Positions 24,950 to 37,495 of a stretch of 64,000 nucleotides of DNA are shown one piece after another (the first letter of the stretch is position 1; each line of letters starts with the position of its first letter). The notes beneath the pieces were generated by a model. It was not told the origin of the DNA. It did no database searches and was given only the letters and a program-made list of their open reading frames with translations. A program made the translations under genes and the position numbers. The stretch spans positions 55,988,001-56,052,000 of the forward strand of contig CM052816.1 of NCBI GenBank assembly GCA_028534125.1. Reading direction: 5' to 3'. The stretch is from Lama glama. Lineage: Eukaryota.

Positions 24950-25570
24950 ACCACCCCATATCTTGAGGCCAGCCATATGCTGAGCCTTTCCACATGTGCA
25001 CTGGGTCCTCTCTCTCCTCTCACTTAAGACATCACACCAGAAATTCTCTCTTTTTTCTTCTATACCATCCATTTTTCTTCACTACTGAATAATCTTCATC
25101 AACATACAAACAGGCTGTCATAATTTTCATTTCTTCATCTCAATTTTCCTCCCAACCCTGCCCTGATTTTCTCCTTCTCACAAAAGAGCTCTTTAAAAGA
25201 TGAAACCCACTGTCTCCAGTTTCTCCAGATCCCACTTCAGTCAGGTTTCATCCCCACCACTTCACTGAGATGCCTTTTCTCAGTCACCTGTGAGCTCTGC
25301 ATTTCTAAATCCGATGATTGTGTCTCACTTTTCACCTTACCTGCTGCATCACCAGCATTTAGCACAGTTGATCACTTGATATTGCTTGCCTCTTTCAGCT
25401 GTTTTTCCTTCTCTGTCTCTTCTCAGTCTCTTTTGCTGACTTCTTCTTATTTCCCTGGTCTCTAAATGTTGGAGAATCTAAGGCTCTGACGCTGGTCCTC
25501 TTGTATCATGTCCACTCACTCCCTCGGTGATCTCAACTGGTCCCATTGCTTTAAGTACTTGCTGTATGAA
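24950..25570 (+). mobile_element. L2 body fragment
   Basis: cagcatttagcacagttgatcac, tctcagtctcttttgctg, ctctaaatgttggag. Confidence 0.7.
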
Positions 25571-25882
25571 AGAGTGAGTGGTGAAATTTCAATGCTCTAA
25601 TGGCCAGTAGAAGACCTCTTTTAGAAGAAGGACTCCCTCGGTTACTACAGCATTTGTACTACCAGGAGCTTCTATACTTCATTGCCCTTGTTAATAAAAC
25701 ACATATTATGTACTCAAATTTCTGCAATTAAGCATTTCCATTTATTTTTTCAAACACCTATTGTGCACAAACTACTGATTAGTGCCTGTTTTGTTTCTTC
25801 TGTTAGATACCCTAGATGGCATATCTTCATTAGTCTTGTTAGAGAGGCAGTAAGATATCATGGAAAAAAGATGCTTATTATA

Positions 25883-25993
25883 GGGGATGGTATAGCTCAG
25901 TGGTAGAGTGCATGCTTAGTATGCAGGAGGTCCTGGGTTCAATCCCCAGAACCTTCACTTAAATAAACAAACAAACCGAATTACCTCCGCCCC
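25883..25993 (+). mobile_element. tRNA-derived SINE (long-tail form)
   Basis: ggtatagctcagtggtagagtgcatgcttag...aattacctcc. Confidence 0.9.
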
Positions 25994-26473
25994 AAAATAT
26001 GGCACATTGTCATAAGGATTATTTTGAGGTACAGACACCTGAAAAAACAGCAGATGCAAGAAGGGCATTCTGATCTCACCTTTTATTCCTAAAAACAGGA
26101 GATAAAAATTCCCGTGTGAAAAAAGCCCTCCCTGTACCAAAAGGAAAGTAACATTCTTATCATCCAGGACAGGACGTTGAGACCAAGAGAATTCTATTCA
26201 AAGAGACCTTGTTAACATAATTCTTCCCCTACTTTGGCCTCCACACGTAGTTACTTCTCCACAATTGCCCCTCTTCATGCAACCTGATGTAAAAGTAGAT
26301 GGGTATCGCCATTTCTTTGGGTCTTCATGTCCTTAGGAGAGCTCGTGTGTCACATACAACTTCTACAAATGTGTGTGCTTTTCTCCTGTGAATCTGTCTT
26401 ACGTCAGCTTAATTCTCAGTTTCAGCTGAAAACCTCTAAGAGGATAGAAAGGAAACTCTGCCTCCCTTCCACA
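25994..26473 (+). mobile_element. MER34-like ERV1 LTR
   Basis: aaaatatggcac..cataaggattattttgag..cagcagatgcaagaagg..ttctcctgtgaatctgtctt..ccaca. Confidence 0.65.
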
Positions 26474-26923
26474 TCATAGCAGTGCCTCCCTCTTCAGGAG
26501 AGAACTCACCCTTTAGCTTTGAGGCGTGCAGAAAGCTGACAACCTCCAGCTCTAGTGCCTTTGGGACCTGCCACATCATTGGAGTCAAGGCCAGATTCTT
26601 CTTGCATAGAGCCCAGCCAGTGACCCAAAAGCAGCGGCGTCTTACAGGGTGACCATTTCTCCCCAACACGGAACCCCCCTGAACCCACCCCACCCCCACC
26701 CCAGCTGAGCTGGCATTGGATCTATCAGCTCTGTGTCACGGCCTGGGCCTCTTCCTGCCAGTTCATTCTACTCTATACCCTTCACATGTGTTATTCCCCG
26801 ACATACCAGCATCTGCTTCTCAGAAGACCCAAATGAGCACAGTTGTTCTGTAGATTAAAAGAGACCTCTAGTAGAGGGTCAGTCTACCCTAGACTTCAGT
26901 TTCCATTGAAGTTCATCTTGCAG

Positions 26924-26971
26924 GCTTTCTACTGATGAAACAGACATGCTTTCTACTGATGAAACAGACAT
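26924..26971. repeat. Perfect 24-bp tandem duplication
   Basis: gctttctactgatgaaacagacat x2. Confidence 0.95.
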
Positions 26972-27252
26972 GTAAATAATCCCGAACTGTGAACAATCTG
27001 GGAAACTCCTGAGATTTAGGTCTAGGGTCCTAACTGCACACATTAACACTAGGTGAGCTAGCATTCTCGAAGTCTGCCAGCACATTGGAGGGGAGCTCAG
27101 GGAATATGTTGAAAGGGAGATGGATTTCTAGCCCTGTCAGCAAAAGGGGAAAGCCAAAATCTCTCTCTCTCTCTCTTCCTCGGGTAATTTGGTTGAATAA
27201 TTTGATGTTAATTCTGAAGTTCTGACAAACATTAGCAAATCACTAGGATGAT

Positions 27253-27684
27253 TGTTAGGGGACAGAGTGGGCTGGTGTCACTGGCAGTAAAAGAATTTAC
27301 CAAACACAAAGAAAAGTTTTAATAGATAAACTGCCGTAGACAACAGCAAGCCACACGAATGAGTGGTGCCTGTGTGAGACCTGAGGGCTGGTCCCTGAGG
27401 TCTTTTATTAGGGAGGGTTACATCAGATACTGCACAAGTTTTTGACTGTTGCAGGTAAGGGAAGAAGTTTAGGGTCCATGAAAGAGGCAGTGGGGTTTAT
27501 GACTCTGGGCTGAAACAAACCAACCTGAGCTATTACGAGTTTAGGCATTACCTAGGGCTATTCATTTGTTAGGGGAAATATGCCCAGTAAAGAATGTACT
27601 TTATCTGTTGAGGGATCGCAGGCAGACGTCTGAGAGCCCAGGAGTGGGGGTCGTTGGACTTTGAAGGACACCAGTTGCCCCACA
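27253..27684 (-). mobile_element. Solo LTR, 432 bp
   Basis: TG...CA termini with perfect 5-bp TSD ATGAT; strand inferred. Confidence 0.8.
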
Positions 27685-28211
27685 ATGATTTCCAATGCTT
27701 GAAGCAGGAATGCCTTATTCAGGATTTAGCAGTAATGTGGCCATTGCAGAAATACCCATTAAGGACAGATACAGCCTTTAAAAAGGAATGGGAGCCTTCC
27801 CCCTAGTGTGCAAGGAGGAGACAGCCCAGGGCAAGGGTGCAAGAATCCAGAAGTGGCCAGACACCAGGCACGGTAGCCACAAAGGATTTATTGGGACCCA
27901 ACATCTTCTGGACCCCAGAAGTGTTGGCCAGTTGCAGCCCTCCTGGAGGGATCTTTGGTTTCACCATCTAGAACTGGTTTGCTCTTTCAGTTTTCCACAG
28001 AGGACGGGAGGAGCGGGCAGAAATCAGTTGAATTTGTTTTGTGGTGAAAATTTCCACTGAGAAATGACTGCTTTGAGTTCCCACCAGCTTCATCAGGAAA
28101 GTTATTTAAATCATTATTCCTGATGGCTGGCATTTGAACAGTAGATGTCTTGAATCAGCGAGGCAATTTCTAAAATGTTCAGCTGGAAACCGAGTTAAGA
28201 CCCTTCCATGG

Positions 28212-28303
28212 CAGGAGGGTATAGCTCAGTGACAGAGTGTGTATTTAGCAGGCATGAAGTCCTGGGTTCAATCCTCAGTACCTCCATTTAAAAAAAAAGA
28301 AAA
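28212..28303 (+). mobile_element. tRNA-derived SINE
   Basis: gagggtatagctcagtg..ggttcaatcc; TSD ~aagacccttcca/aagaccatcca. Confidence 0.9.
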
Positions 28304-28967
28304 AGACCATCCAATGGTGACTCAACCCAGGGCCATTAAGGTTCCACACCAGCAGATGCAATCAGCTTCCGAGGAAGCTGCACAATTGGCTTTGGAGCCT
28401 GATCAGGAGTCATGGGCTTTGTCACATTGGTTTCTATGGCATTGAAAGAGCTCTCCTGGTAATACCGGAATCAGGAAACCCAGGGGAGTTTCCCAGTGGT
28501 GATAAGGCATGCTTTGTTTTCCAGGAGCACAAGCAATAGGTGGACATGTGACATCTGTTAGTTACACTGTTGTCGATTTTATTTATTATACCTCAGAGTA
28601 AATAAGGGGATATGCAGGGGCCTCTGGTGGTTGTCTCCACCAAGATGGTCTTGATCTATGGAGATGTCTCATCTCATCACCATGCAACAAGATTGTGTAA
28701 ACTCGTTTTTCCAAAAGCCTGTTATGAATAGAGGCTATGACAAAAGGGTACACCAGACACACTGTGCCGCGATGTCCCATTTGGTGAGAAAAGTGTCAAC
28801 GGCAGGGTCACTAGCTGACACGGAGATTCTGATCAGGAGGTTTAATGGCCAATTGGATAAACAAGTAAGCAGAGGAAAGGTGGAGAGTGTTCTACTGTCT
28901 CAGCTTCCTGTTGCTGCTGTAACGAATTCCACAAACTGAGTGCCTCAAAGCAACACAAACTTATTAT

Positions 28968-30450
28968 TGAAACTGAGTCCTCCTGAAATTGAGTTTCTCT
29001 TGCCTGAGTTTATGATTAACTTCTCTATGCAAACCTTTATTCTCTTTGTTGTCTGCCCCTGTTCCCGCCAAGATTGAGGAGTATCAAAGAAAAGAGGAGA
29101 CTGAAACTGAGCAGGACCCTCGGGGGGCCCTCCTGGGTACAAAAGCCCCTTCTTGTCCCCTGTTTCTTGTTTCTAGAAAAAGGCTTTAGCCTCCTAGGCC
29201 TTTCCTGAGTTCCAAAGAGCAGACTCAAGCACTTACTAATTAGGGAAGTGAGGGAGTGCAGAAACAAAGGAAAAGCAGTCCAAGAAACAGTATTCAGCAA
29301 TGAAACAGGTACCCTAGTTTGTCCCCAAGGGATACACGTAACAATCTAATGCATAGCTTTGAGTTCTGCAGAAACTAAGACCCCCCCCTTTTTTTTAAAG
29401 GGTCTTCCATTTTAATACCATCTTTAAAAGTGAGGAGATATTTAATCAGCATGTGGACAATTTTCATTTGCTGTCGTTGACATATTTTCTCAACTTCCCC
29501 AATCCTGACATTGACCTTCACAAATACCTGTACACTTGGTTTTTATTATTAATTTTTCCTGTTTCTTCTTACCCCACTTTTTGCCCCCTGGACTACTGTG
29601 TCCCAGCGTTACAGTACATTTTTGCACAAGAAATTATATTTTAAGAATGGTGACTACTGGCTGCCCATGAGCATGCAGAACCCAGACTGGTTGGAATCAG
29701 AAGGTTGATGACTAAGATTCCCAAAACAATACTACTCAGCCATAAAAACTGACAACATAACGCCATTTGCAGCAACATGGATGCTCCTGGAGAATGTTAT
29801 TCTAAGTGAAGTAAGCCAGAAAGAGAAAGAAAAATACCATATGAGATCGCTCATATATAGAATCTAAAAAAAAGAACATAAATACAAAACAGAAACAGAC
29901 TCATAGACAGAATACAAACTTGTGGTTGCCATGGGTGGGGGTGGGAAGGGATAGACTGGGAGTTCAAAATCTGTAGATACTGACAGGCATATGTAGAATA
30001 GATAAACAAGATTATACGGTATAACACAGGGAAATATATACAAGATCTTGTGATAGCTTGCAGTGAAAAAAAGTGACAATGAATATATGTATGTTCATGT
30101 ATAACTGAAAAATTGTGCTTTATACTGCAATTTGACACAGCATTGTAAAATGGCTATAACTCAATTTTTAAAATGTTTTTAAAAATTAAAAAAAAAAAAA
30201 AGATTCGCAAAACATCACCCTGTCACCTCACCACCAACCAATCAGAAGGATGGCCACAAGCTGATCATACACCCTGCGACCCCTTCCCTTCCCTTGCCTT
30301 TAAAAACTCTTCCCTGAAAGCCATCAGGAAGTTCAGTGAGCTGCTGGTTCTCCTGGCTTGGCATCTGTACTTTCCATTACCACAACTTGGGGTCAGTAAA
30401 TTGCCTTTGCTGTGCAGTGGGTGAGCAGACCCGAGTTCAATTTGGTAACA
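28968..30450 (+). mobile_element. ERV1-type LTR/deleted provirus with nested insertions
   Basis: TG..CA with 4-bp TSD TTAT; purine tract aaagaaaagaggagac precedes a second tgaaactgag at 29102. Confidence 0.75.
29729..30199 (+). mobile_element. Young L1 3' end
   Basis: Poly-A tail, 15-bp TSD aagattcccaaaaca/aagattcgcaaaaca. Confidence 0.92.
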
Positions 30451-31334
30451 TTATCTTATAGTTCTTGAGGTCAGAAGTCTGAAATGGGTCTCACATGGAT
30501 AAAATCAAAGTGTTGGCAGAACTTTGCTGTTCCTGGGGGCTCTAGGGGAGTGTCTGTCTCCTTGCTTTTAATTAGCTTCTAGAGGTTTCCTGCGTTCCTT
30601 GGTTTATGGCCTCCAGCAATAATTTCCCATCACCCCAGCAATCCGATCGCCCCAACTGCTTCTGTTTCTCCTTCTCTGACTCTGCTGCCTTCCTTCCCTT
30701 GAAAGGACCCTTGTTACGTTGGCCCCACCAGATAATCCAGGATCATCTCCTGCATCGCAGGATCCTCATATAACCACATCTGCAAAAGTCTCTTTGCCAT
30801 GTAAAGTCACATATTTGCAGGTCCCAGGGAAAAGGACATGGACGTCTTTGGGGAAGCGTTTTTCTGCCCACCATGCCTATTAAGGGAATTGTTGCTTTTC
30901 TCCCTCAATATTAAAGTTGTTTCAAATTCCTTTTGCCATTGAAAGACAAGATAGCAGTGTAGATATGGTCCCTCAGAGACTCAGAATCCCGTCTTTCATT
31001 ATCAAAGGCAATTTCAGGAAATGGCCATTTTAGAGGACCGTAAAGATAATGGCACCCCTGGTTGAGCAGATGGCCTCTCGGCACCGCTCTGAGATGGGTA
31101 CCGCACCGGTTTCATGGCTAGGAAGGTGGGGGAGGGAGCGTGGGCTGAGAGTGCCGGGTAGGATAGGGGTGTTAGAAAGGTAGAGTAGCCTCTGAGTAGG
31201 ATTCTCAGCCTTAATGACTCCCACTTGGAAAACCCCACTAGGGAGGGGAGAAGTCAGCCAGCCATGAAAAACAAGCACATCCTCTTCCTTAACTGGCCCT
31301 GCCCACCTTGAAAAGCTGAGATGGCGCAAAGGCT

Positions 31335-31580
31335 GAGAGAAAAGCAGCCCAACTGGAGGCGCATGGGCTTGGGAGTCAGGCAGAATGGCGTTCCAGTCTC
31401 CGCGCTGTGCGACTTGGAGCACATCTCTTAATCTTTCTGGAAAATGAAAATATCTGCCTCTTAGGGTTGCTGTAAAGATCAGACACAGTGTATACAAAGT
31501 TTACAGTCTCCTGGTTGGCTCATGGAAGGTGCTTAATATAGTCAGTGACAGGTGCTCAAAATAGTGCCATTATTGTTTTA
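31335..31580 (+). mobile_element. MIR
   Basis: gggcttgggagtcaggcaga...agggttgctgtaaagatc. Confidence 0.65.
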
Positions 31581-31581
31581 T

Positions 31582-32035
31582 TGTTATGGAAACGACAGGC
31601 CAGTCAAGAAACAAGCACCACTCAGAGGGTTGGAGTACTCAGATGTATTACGCCGGCGGGCTCAGAGGGGCTTCTGCTTCGAAGCTCTGAGCACCTCCAA
31701 GACGTGCGAGGTTTTATAGGGTAAAGTACAAGCTTGGGGTATTTGGCCAATAGGAATGGAACAGCTTTAGCAGCATTATCATCACAAAAGTGGAGGTGGG
31801 GAGGCAGCCAACCAACATTCCAAAGCCAGATATGTATCTTTGAAAACCCAGCTGGCTAGCAAAAAACATGAATAGCAAACCAACACTAATTAACCTTAAC
31901 TTACAAGTTAGTCTAGCAGAACTCAGATCAGTATTCCAATACTTAGATTTGTGAGTTATCTTGTTAGACCAGCCCAGCCTCTCCTTCACATTCCTAGACT
32001 AGTGAGTTATCTTGTTAGACCAGCCCTGTTTTTCC

Positions 32036-32038
<3 letters not shown>
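31582..32038 (-). mobile_element. Young solo LTR
   Basis: TG start, TTAT flanks, retained CpGs, minus-strand TATA (cctataaaa ~31712-31720), internal 25-bp direct repeat. Confidence 0.7.
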
Positions 32039-32079
<41 letters not shown>

Positions 32080-32084
32080 TATTA
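32037..32084. repeat. (ATT)n microsatellite
   Basis: Direct reading. Confidence 0.95.
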
Positions 32085-32766
32085 ACAGGAAGTGGAAATT
32101 GGAGTCAGCAATTCTTTCAGGAAAATTTCTCCCATTTTTACAACCACTAGGTGTTTGACTTAACTAGGTGAGAGAATTTGAGGGCAAGAATGATAAAGAA
32201 AAATGACTCTCTTTCCCACTCCCTCTGCCCTCCCTACCCAGACACTTCTCTAGAAGTCCTGTAAATATCTTCTTAGGCTCTAAAGGAAAAAAAAATTAAA
32301 CCAGTACCGCCCTCAGTCTTGAAGGTGCTAGGATTAAGCCAGCAGGGAAGCAATTGGTTCTTCAGATTACCGGCTGAATGACTCTAATTGTCTTCTCTTC
32401 CTGCAAATTTTGAGGTTTGAAGAGGCTCCATCTTCCCCTCCAGTGTTCAGAGCTAGTGGATGTAGGAGTCCTACACATAGAGCTCAAAATATCACTGGCA
32501 ATGCTGATGGGAGATCATGAGTCTAGATCTACAACCATGTGGGTTTACCATCAGTTCACTCCAATGAGATGGACTTAACCATTCAGTCCTGGCATAGCTG
32601 GACAAGTCAGACTCCCCAGAGTGTTGGCCCTTGACCCTGGTCTGGCCAAAAACAGATTAGGATGCCTGCATCCTGGAGACATGCTTGCTCCAAAATAAAA
32701 TAACCCTGAAGAAGCTGACTGACCATGCCTAGTTCCTTCCACCAAATTCACCAATCAGAAATTCCA

Positions 32767-33070
32767 ACAGAAACAGACTCACAGACATAGAAAACAAACT
32801 TATGGTTACCAGGGGGGAAAGGAGCAGATGAAGGATAAACTGGGAGTTTGGAATTTGCAGATACTAAGTACTATATATAAAACACATAAAATACAAGGAT
32901 CTACTGTATAGCACAGGGAACTATATTTGATAGCTTATAATAACCTATAATGAAAAAGAATATTAAAAGAAATATTTAAAAGTGTGTATGACTGAAACAT
33001 TACGCTGTACAAGAGAAACTGACACAACATTGTAAACTGACTATATGTCAATAAAAAAATTAAAAAAAAA
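32767..33070 (+). mobile_element. L1 3' end
   Basis: Poly-A tail and TSD agaaattcca (32757-32766 / 33071-33080). Confidence 0.9.
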
Positions 33071-33458
33071 AGAAATTCCACTTCTTCTCATGGGCAAGAA
33101 TGCGTGAGAGGTGATGAAATAGACCAGGAAAACTACTCTAGCAGGAACTCCTTTCTCTGCACCAAAACCTGGCACCTGGATTACTTGCTCAGGGGAAACC
33201 AAAGTGAGGACCTGAGTGCTTATGGGTGAGGAACTGAGGCCTCCTGCCAATGACCAGCACTGACTTGTCAGGCTTATGTGTGAGCCACTTGGGACGCGGA
33301 TCCTAGCCCCAGTCAAGCCTTCAAATCCTGGAACCTGCTGCGAATGACAGTCGTGTAAATATAAACTTGATTTCCTCTGCATCCGATCAGAACCGGTGCG
33401 TGTAAATGACTTGACAAGTTCCTCCCTTCACAAAAGAGAAGAACGAAACCCTTGCTGC

Positions 33459-34448
33459 TGTCGACAAAAATACCAACAAACAATCGATAAGAAGAATATT
33501 AGACAGTTTTATCTGAGCCAAACCGAGGACTAGACCAGAAACCAGCTTCCCAGATTACCCTGAGAAGCTGCCCCAGAGAAGCATGGTTCCTAGAATGATT
33601 TTTCATCTTGTCAGAACAAAGAACATTAAACAAGTCAGGGATACACTTCTCCAAGGCTTAAAAAAACTAGAGCAGCACGTACACATGCAGCACATGCAGC
33701 ATGCCCTGTCACCTGGGAAGGGAGTCCTGTCATCCGAAGAGAGCTAGCAGTGAAAGAGTAGAAACCTAACTAACATACCTAACAAAACGGCTTCCCTGAG
33801 GCTGTGTGCTGAGTCATTCTGACACATCTTGTTTTTCTTTTTGTTTACTTGCTCAACTGCTTTGCTAAATTTACCCCCAACCTTTCCTATACATTCTTTA
33901 CCCAGAAGCTATGTTCCAGGAAGATTACAGGTTGATAGCCTCAGAAGAGTGGACAGACCCTAAGGAGTCTTCCAAGACCCTGAATTGACTTATCCAGGTT
34001 AAGAATGCAGCACTCACACACCACCCCTGATTGTTATCACTCTTCTGTTCCATCCAGTTTTCCTATAAAACCTCACGACCCCAACCCCAAGATGGATTCA
34101 CAGTCTCTGAGGCGTTAGCCTGCTGTGAGCTGCCTTTGCCTGGCAAAGCAGTAAAGCTGTTTTTCTGATTCTCCCAAAACTCTATCTCTGAGTCTTAATT
34201 CATTTTTCGGGGCACAGAGGCTGTTTTTTCTGCAACACCAGGAAGAGGAGCATTTAACCTTTATCTTTAACATGGACATTCTTTACTTCTGGTCAGTGTG
34301 TCTTCTCCTTTAATAATTAAAGCAGATGTACAATGTATGTTTGAGAAGCCATAAGCAGGCTATTTTAGTTAGCATAAAATTTAAGAGAATTCATATATAA
34401 GCCAGAATAACTTCCCTATATCTCAAGATGTGAAAAGTTCTTTCATCA
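33459..34448. mobile_element. ERV1-type solo LTR containing a second LTR (33751-34237)
   Basis: Outer: TG..CA with TSD CTGC. Inner: TG..CA with near-TSD gcag/ccag, plus-strand TATA (cctataaaa) and agtaaa signal. Confidence 0.75.
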
Positions 34449-34895
34449 CTGCTTTTCCTAGTTTGGGGTTGCCCCGAGTAGCTCTGATCACAGATGGGGC
34501 TTCATGGAAACCACTCTTAGCAATGTGTGAGCCCAGCAGCCTTCCCGAACACCAGAACCCCTCTGTTCATGATGAGTTGGGGTTGTACTTTGTTACCAGA
34601 GAAAGGAAGCTGTTGGAGGGGGAGGGGGTGCCTTCTAGGACATGGATTTCTGCGCCCCACCTGGGTGGTGTACCTGTACACCCTTCAGGACAGGTGACTG
34701 ATAGGTCTCTTGACCTCACAGACCGGAACCCTCAGGTTGTGCAGGTTTCTGGCCTGTGGGGGTCCCTACCTTTCACCTGGTCCCCAGTCCACCTCCTCAG
34801 ATGGAGAAAGAGTAAGGGAACAGTTTCTTCCTTTCCCGCCACGCTGTCTCTCTCTTTCTCTTTTCCTTATCACACACACACACACACAAACACAT

Positions 34896-35260
34896 TGTGA
34901 TGCTGTGATATCATAGGAAATATGGATTTGGTCTTCATCTCAGTTCCTGGCACAAAGCATCTAAAACCCTTTTAACTTTCTGAGTGGTAGGGGTGAGAGG
35001 AATGTCTTTGGTTATTCATAATAAGCCCCTACCTGAGTTTCTGCTTAGTGAGGTGACTTTTGGAAGATGGGGGCTGATTTCCAGAGGATCCAACCAGTTG
35101 GTTAAAGAGTTGGAACTTTTAGCCCTATGCCCTGACCTCCAGGGAGGGGAGAGCGGCTGAGGGTTGAGCTAATCACCTATAGCCAATGATTTAATCAGTC
35201 ACATCTACATGGTGGAATCTTCATAAAACCCCTAAATGACTGAATACAGGGAGCATCTGG
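34896..35260 (+). mobile_element. MER21-like LTR, 5' part
   Basis: ttcctggcacaaagcatctaaaaccct..gttggaactttt..gacctccagggaggggagag. Confidence 0.7.
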
Positions 35261-35313
35261 TGGGTGGTAACTAGACTTACCATGGTGATCATTTTGAAAT
35301 GTATTGAAGTATT

Positions 35314-35777
35314 TGTTGACTGAAGACAAAATGTGAAACATAAGAGCTGTGAGTTGAATTTCATTCAGTGTCTTCCCAAGGACTATAGCCTTGGAGACAG
35401 CCTCTCAGCAGCCAAGAACTACTCCAAAAAGGGAGGGGAGGAGCCAGGATGTAGATGAATTTTTGTGTCTGGGAAATACATGTAGTCAAGCAAACATCTT
35501 GGTAAAAGATTACTGCTAATCACAAAAAAACAAAAACAAAAACAGATACCTCAAGTTTATTATTTTAGTGCTTACCTATGTTTGGGAAGATGCAAGAATC
35601 TAGGGTCATTAAAATTCTTCCTCAGATACGTATCTTAACTATCTAGGGGCCCTTGTAACCACAACACAGAATGCTCCATCCTGAATCCCTTTCAGGTGCA
35701 CTGTAGGTCTTTGATTACAGCAGTTAGTGACTTGATCCTTGTAGAGCAGGAATGGCAGGCAACATCTGTTTATGCGT
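35314..35777. mobile_element. ERV LTR inserted in an L1 3' end (L1 pieces 35270-35313 and 35778-36235)
   Basis: Starts tgttgactgaa; same family as 36984-37451; the L1 sequence resumes after it. Confidence 0.65.
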
Positions 35778-36983
35778 TGAAGCACTACGTGTAGCCGGAA
35801 CTAGCACTGTGTCCTAGGTCAATTATACATCAAAGACAAACAAACAGACTCATAGAAAAGGAGATCAGATTTGCAGTTAACAGAGATGGGTGGAGGTGGG
35901 GAATTAGATGAAGGCAGTCAAAGGTGCAGACTTCCGGTTATAAGATAAGTAAGTACTAGGGATGTAATGTACAACATGATAAATATAATTAACATTGTAT
36001 ATTGTATGTTATGTGTGAAAGCTGCCAGGAGAGTAAATCCTAAGAGTTCTCATCACAAGGAAAAAAAAAATTTTTCTATTCCTTTAATTTTGTATCTGTA
36101 TGCGATGATGGATGTTCACTAAACTTACTGTGGTCATCGGTTCATGATGTGTAGAAGTGCAATCATGATGCTGTACACCTTAAACTTACACAGCTCTTTG
36201 TGTCAATTATATTTCAATTATACTGGAGGGAAACAAGAGAGGGCGCATCTGGTGGGGAGGGAGGTATATTCTCCATGCATTCACATACCCTGCATTTCAT
36301 AGAGTAATAATACTTACATATTCATAGAGTTGGGCCTTTTTTTTTTTCCTTAGCATTTCCTTTCCCCTGCATTCCTTGCTGTTCATTTTATGATTATGTA
36401 TTCCTTCAGTTGAAAGTCAAGTCCCTATATTAAATTCCAACAAAACTCTGTGTCTCTAATTAGGATACTCAAAAACTGAACTTTCCTTTACTTCCCTTTC
36501 CCTGAACATCTACAAGAAGAAAATTCTAAATTCTGCAAGAGTGGGCGTGTTTGACTATTTTGTTTAGTGTTAGAGTCTGAGCACCTCCAACAGTGCTTGG
36601 CACATAGTTGGCACTCAACATGTATTCCTTGAGCAAATGAACGCATCTGAGAGTTGTCAAGCACTTACTTGCCATGACTCCAGTTGTTGCTAGTTTAATC
36701 TGGGGCTGTATGCTCACAGCATTTTCTTTTCAGCACCAAAATCCTTTCAAGAATTGCCTTAGCATTTGTATTTGTTACAAGTTCATTTTTTGAAAAACTT
36801 TAAATTTGGAAACAAATTTTAATGCAGCTATTGACACTCAATTTTGTGAGGTGAATTGGTTTCAATGTTCCACTTCTTTTTTCTTACTCTGACTTTTCCA
36901 GTCTTGAGTTCTTGATTTTAAGTATCCCTCTGGTGGCTGGAATTTGTATCTGAGTAAATTTTTTCAGTAAGGATTCATGAATG

Positions 36984-37451
36984 TGTTGACTGAAATAAAA
37001 ATACACAATGTGAGAGCAATGAATTTTGATTTTATTGGGGGGACTTAATGAGGACTACAGCCCGGGAGACAGCCTCTTAGATGGCTATTAGGAACTGCTC
37101 CAAAGAGGAAGGGGGGAGGTCAGTGTATATGTGATCTGAGCCCAAAGGTCTGTGCACTCAAGCACACATCTCAAAGAAAGTTACTGCTAGTTACAAAGAA
37201 CGGATATCTCAGTTAAGTACTTTTAGTACTTTTCTAAGTATGGCAGATGCAAGAATCTGGGTTCATGAAAAATTTCTCCTGAAATATTTCTATCTAAGGA
37301 TCTATTTTGACCTATTTTCCCAGAGCACAGAGTCCCTCATTCTGATCTTTACCTTGAATTCCTTTCAGAGTATATTATAGGTCAGCAACTGTAGTGGCTA
37401 GTGACTTGATTCTTGTAGAACTGGGTGGTGGGCAACATTCTTTATTTTACA
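36984..37451. mobile_element. ERV solo LTR
   Basis: tgttgactgaa...ttttaca; shares ggactacagcc.ggagacagcctct, gatgcaagaatct and gtgacttgat with 35314-35777. Confidence 0.7.
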
Positions 37452-37495
37452 ATTAGTAGATTTAAAAAGCTTTGACATATGTAAGATTTCTTCTC

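Larger units (their letters stand above)
28895..30875 (-). mobile_element. MLT1C/D-like LTR split by an ERV insertion (pieces 28895-28967 and 30451-30875)
   Basis: gctgctgtaacgaattccacaaactgagtg..acaaacttattat resumes as ttatcttatagttcttgaggtcagaagtctg. Confidence 0.8.

Noticed and set aside
31030..34900. Longest ORFs in the track (155 aa at 31030-31497 and 156 aa at 34430-34900)
   Set aside because: They overlap MIR, LTR or microsatellite sequence, have no recognisable domain, and their lengths are compatible with chance
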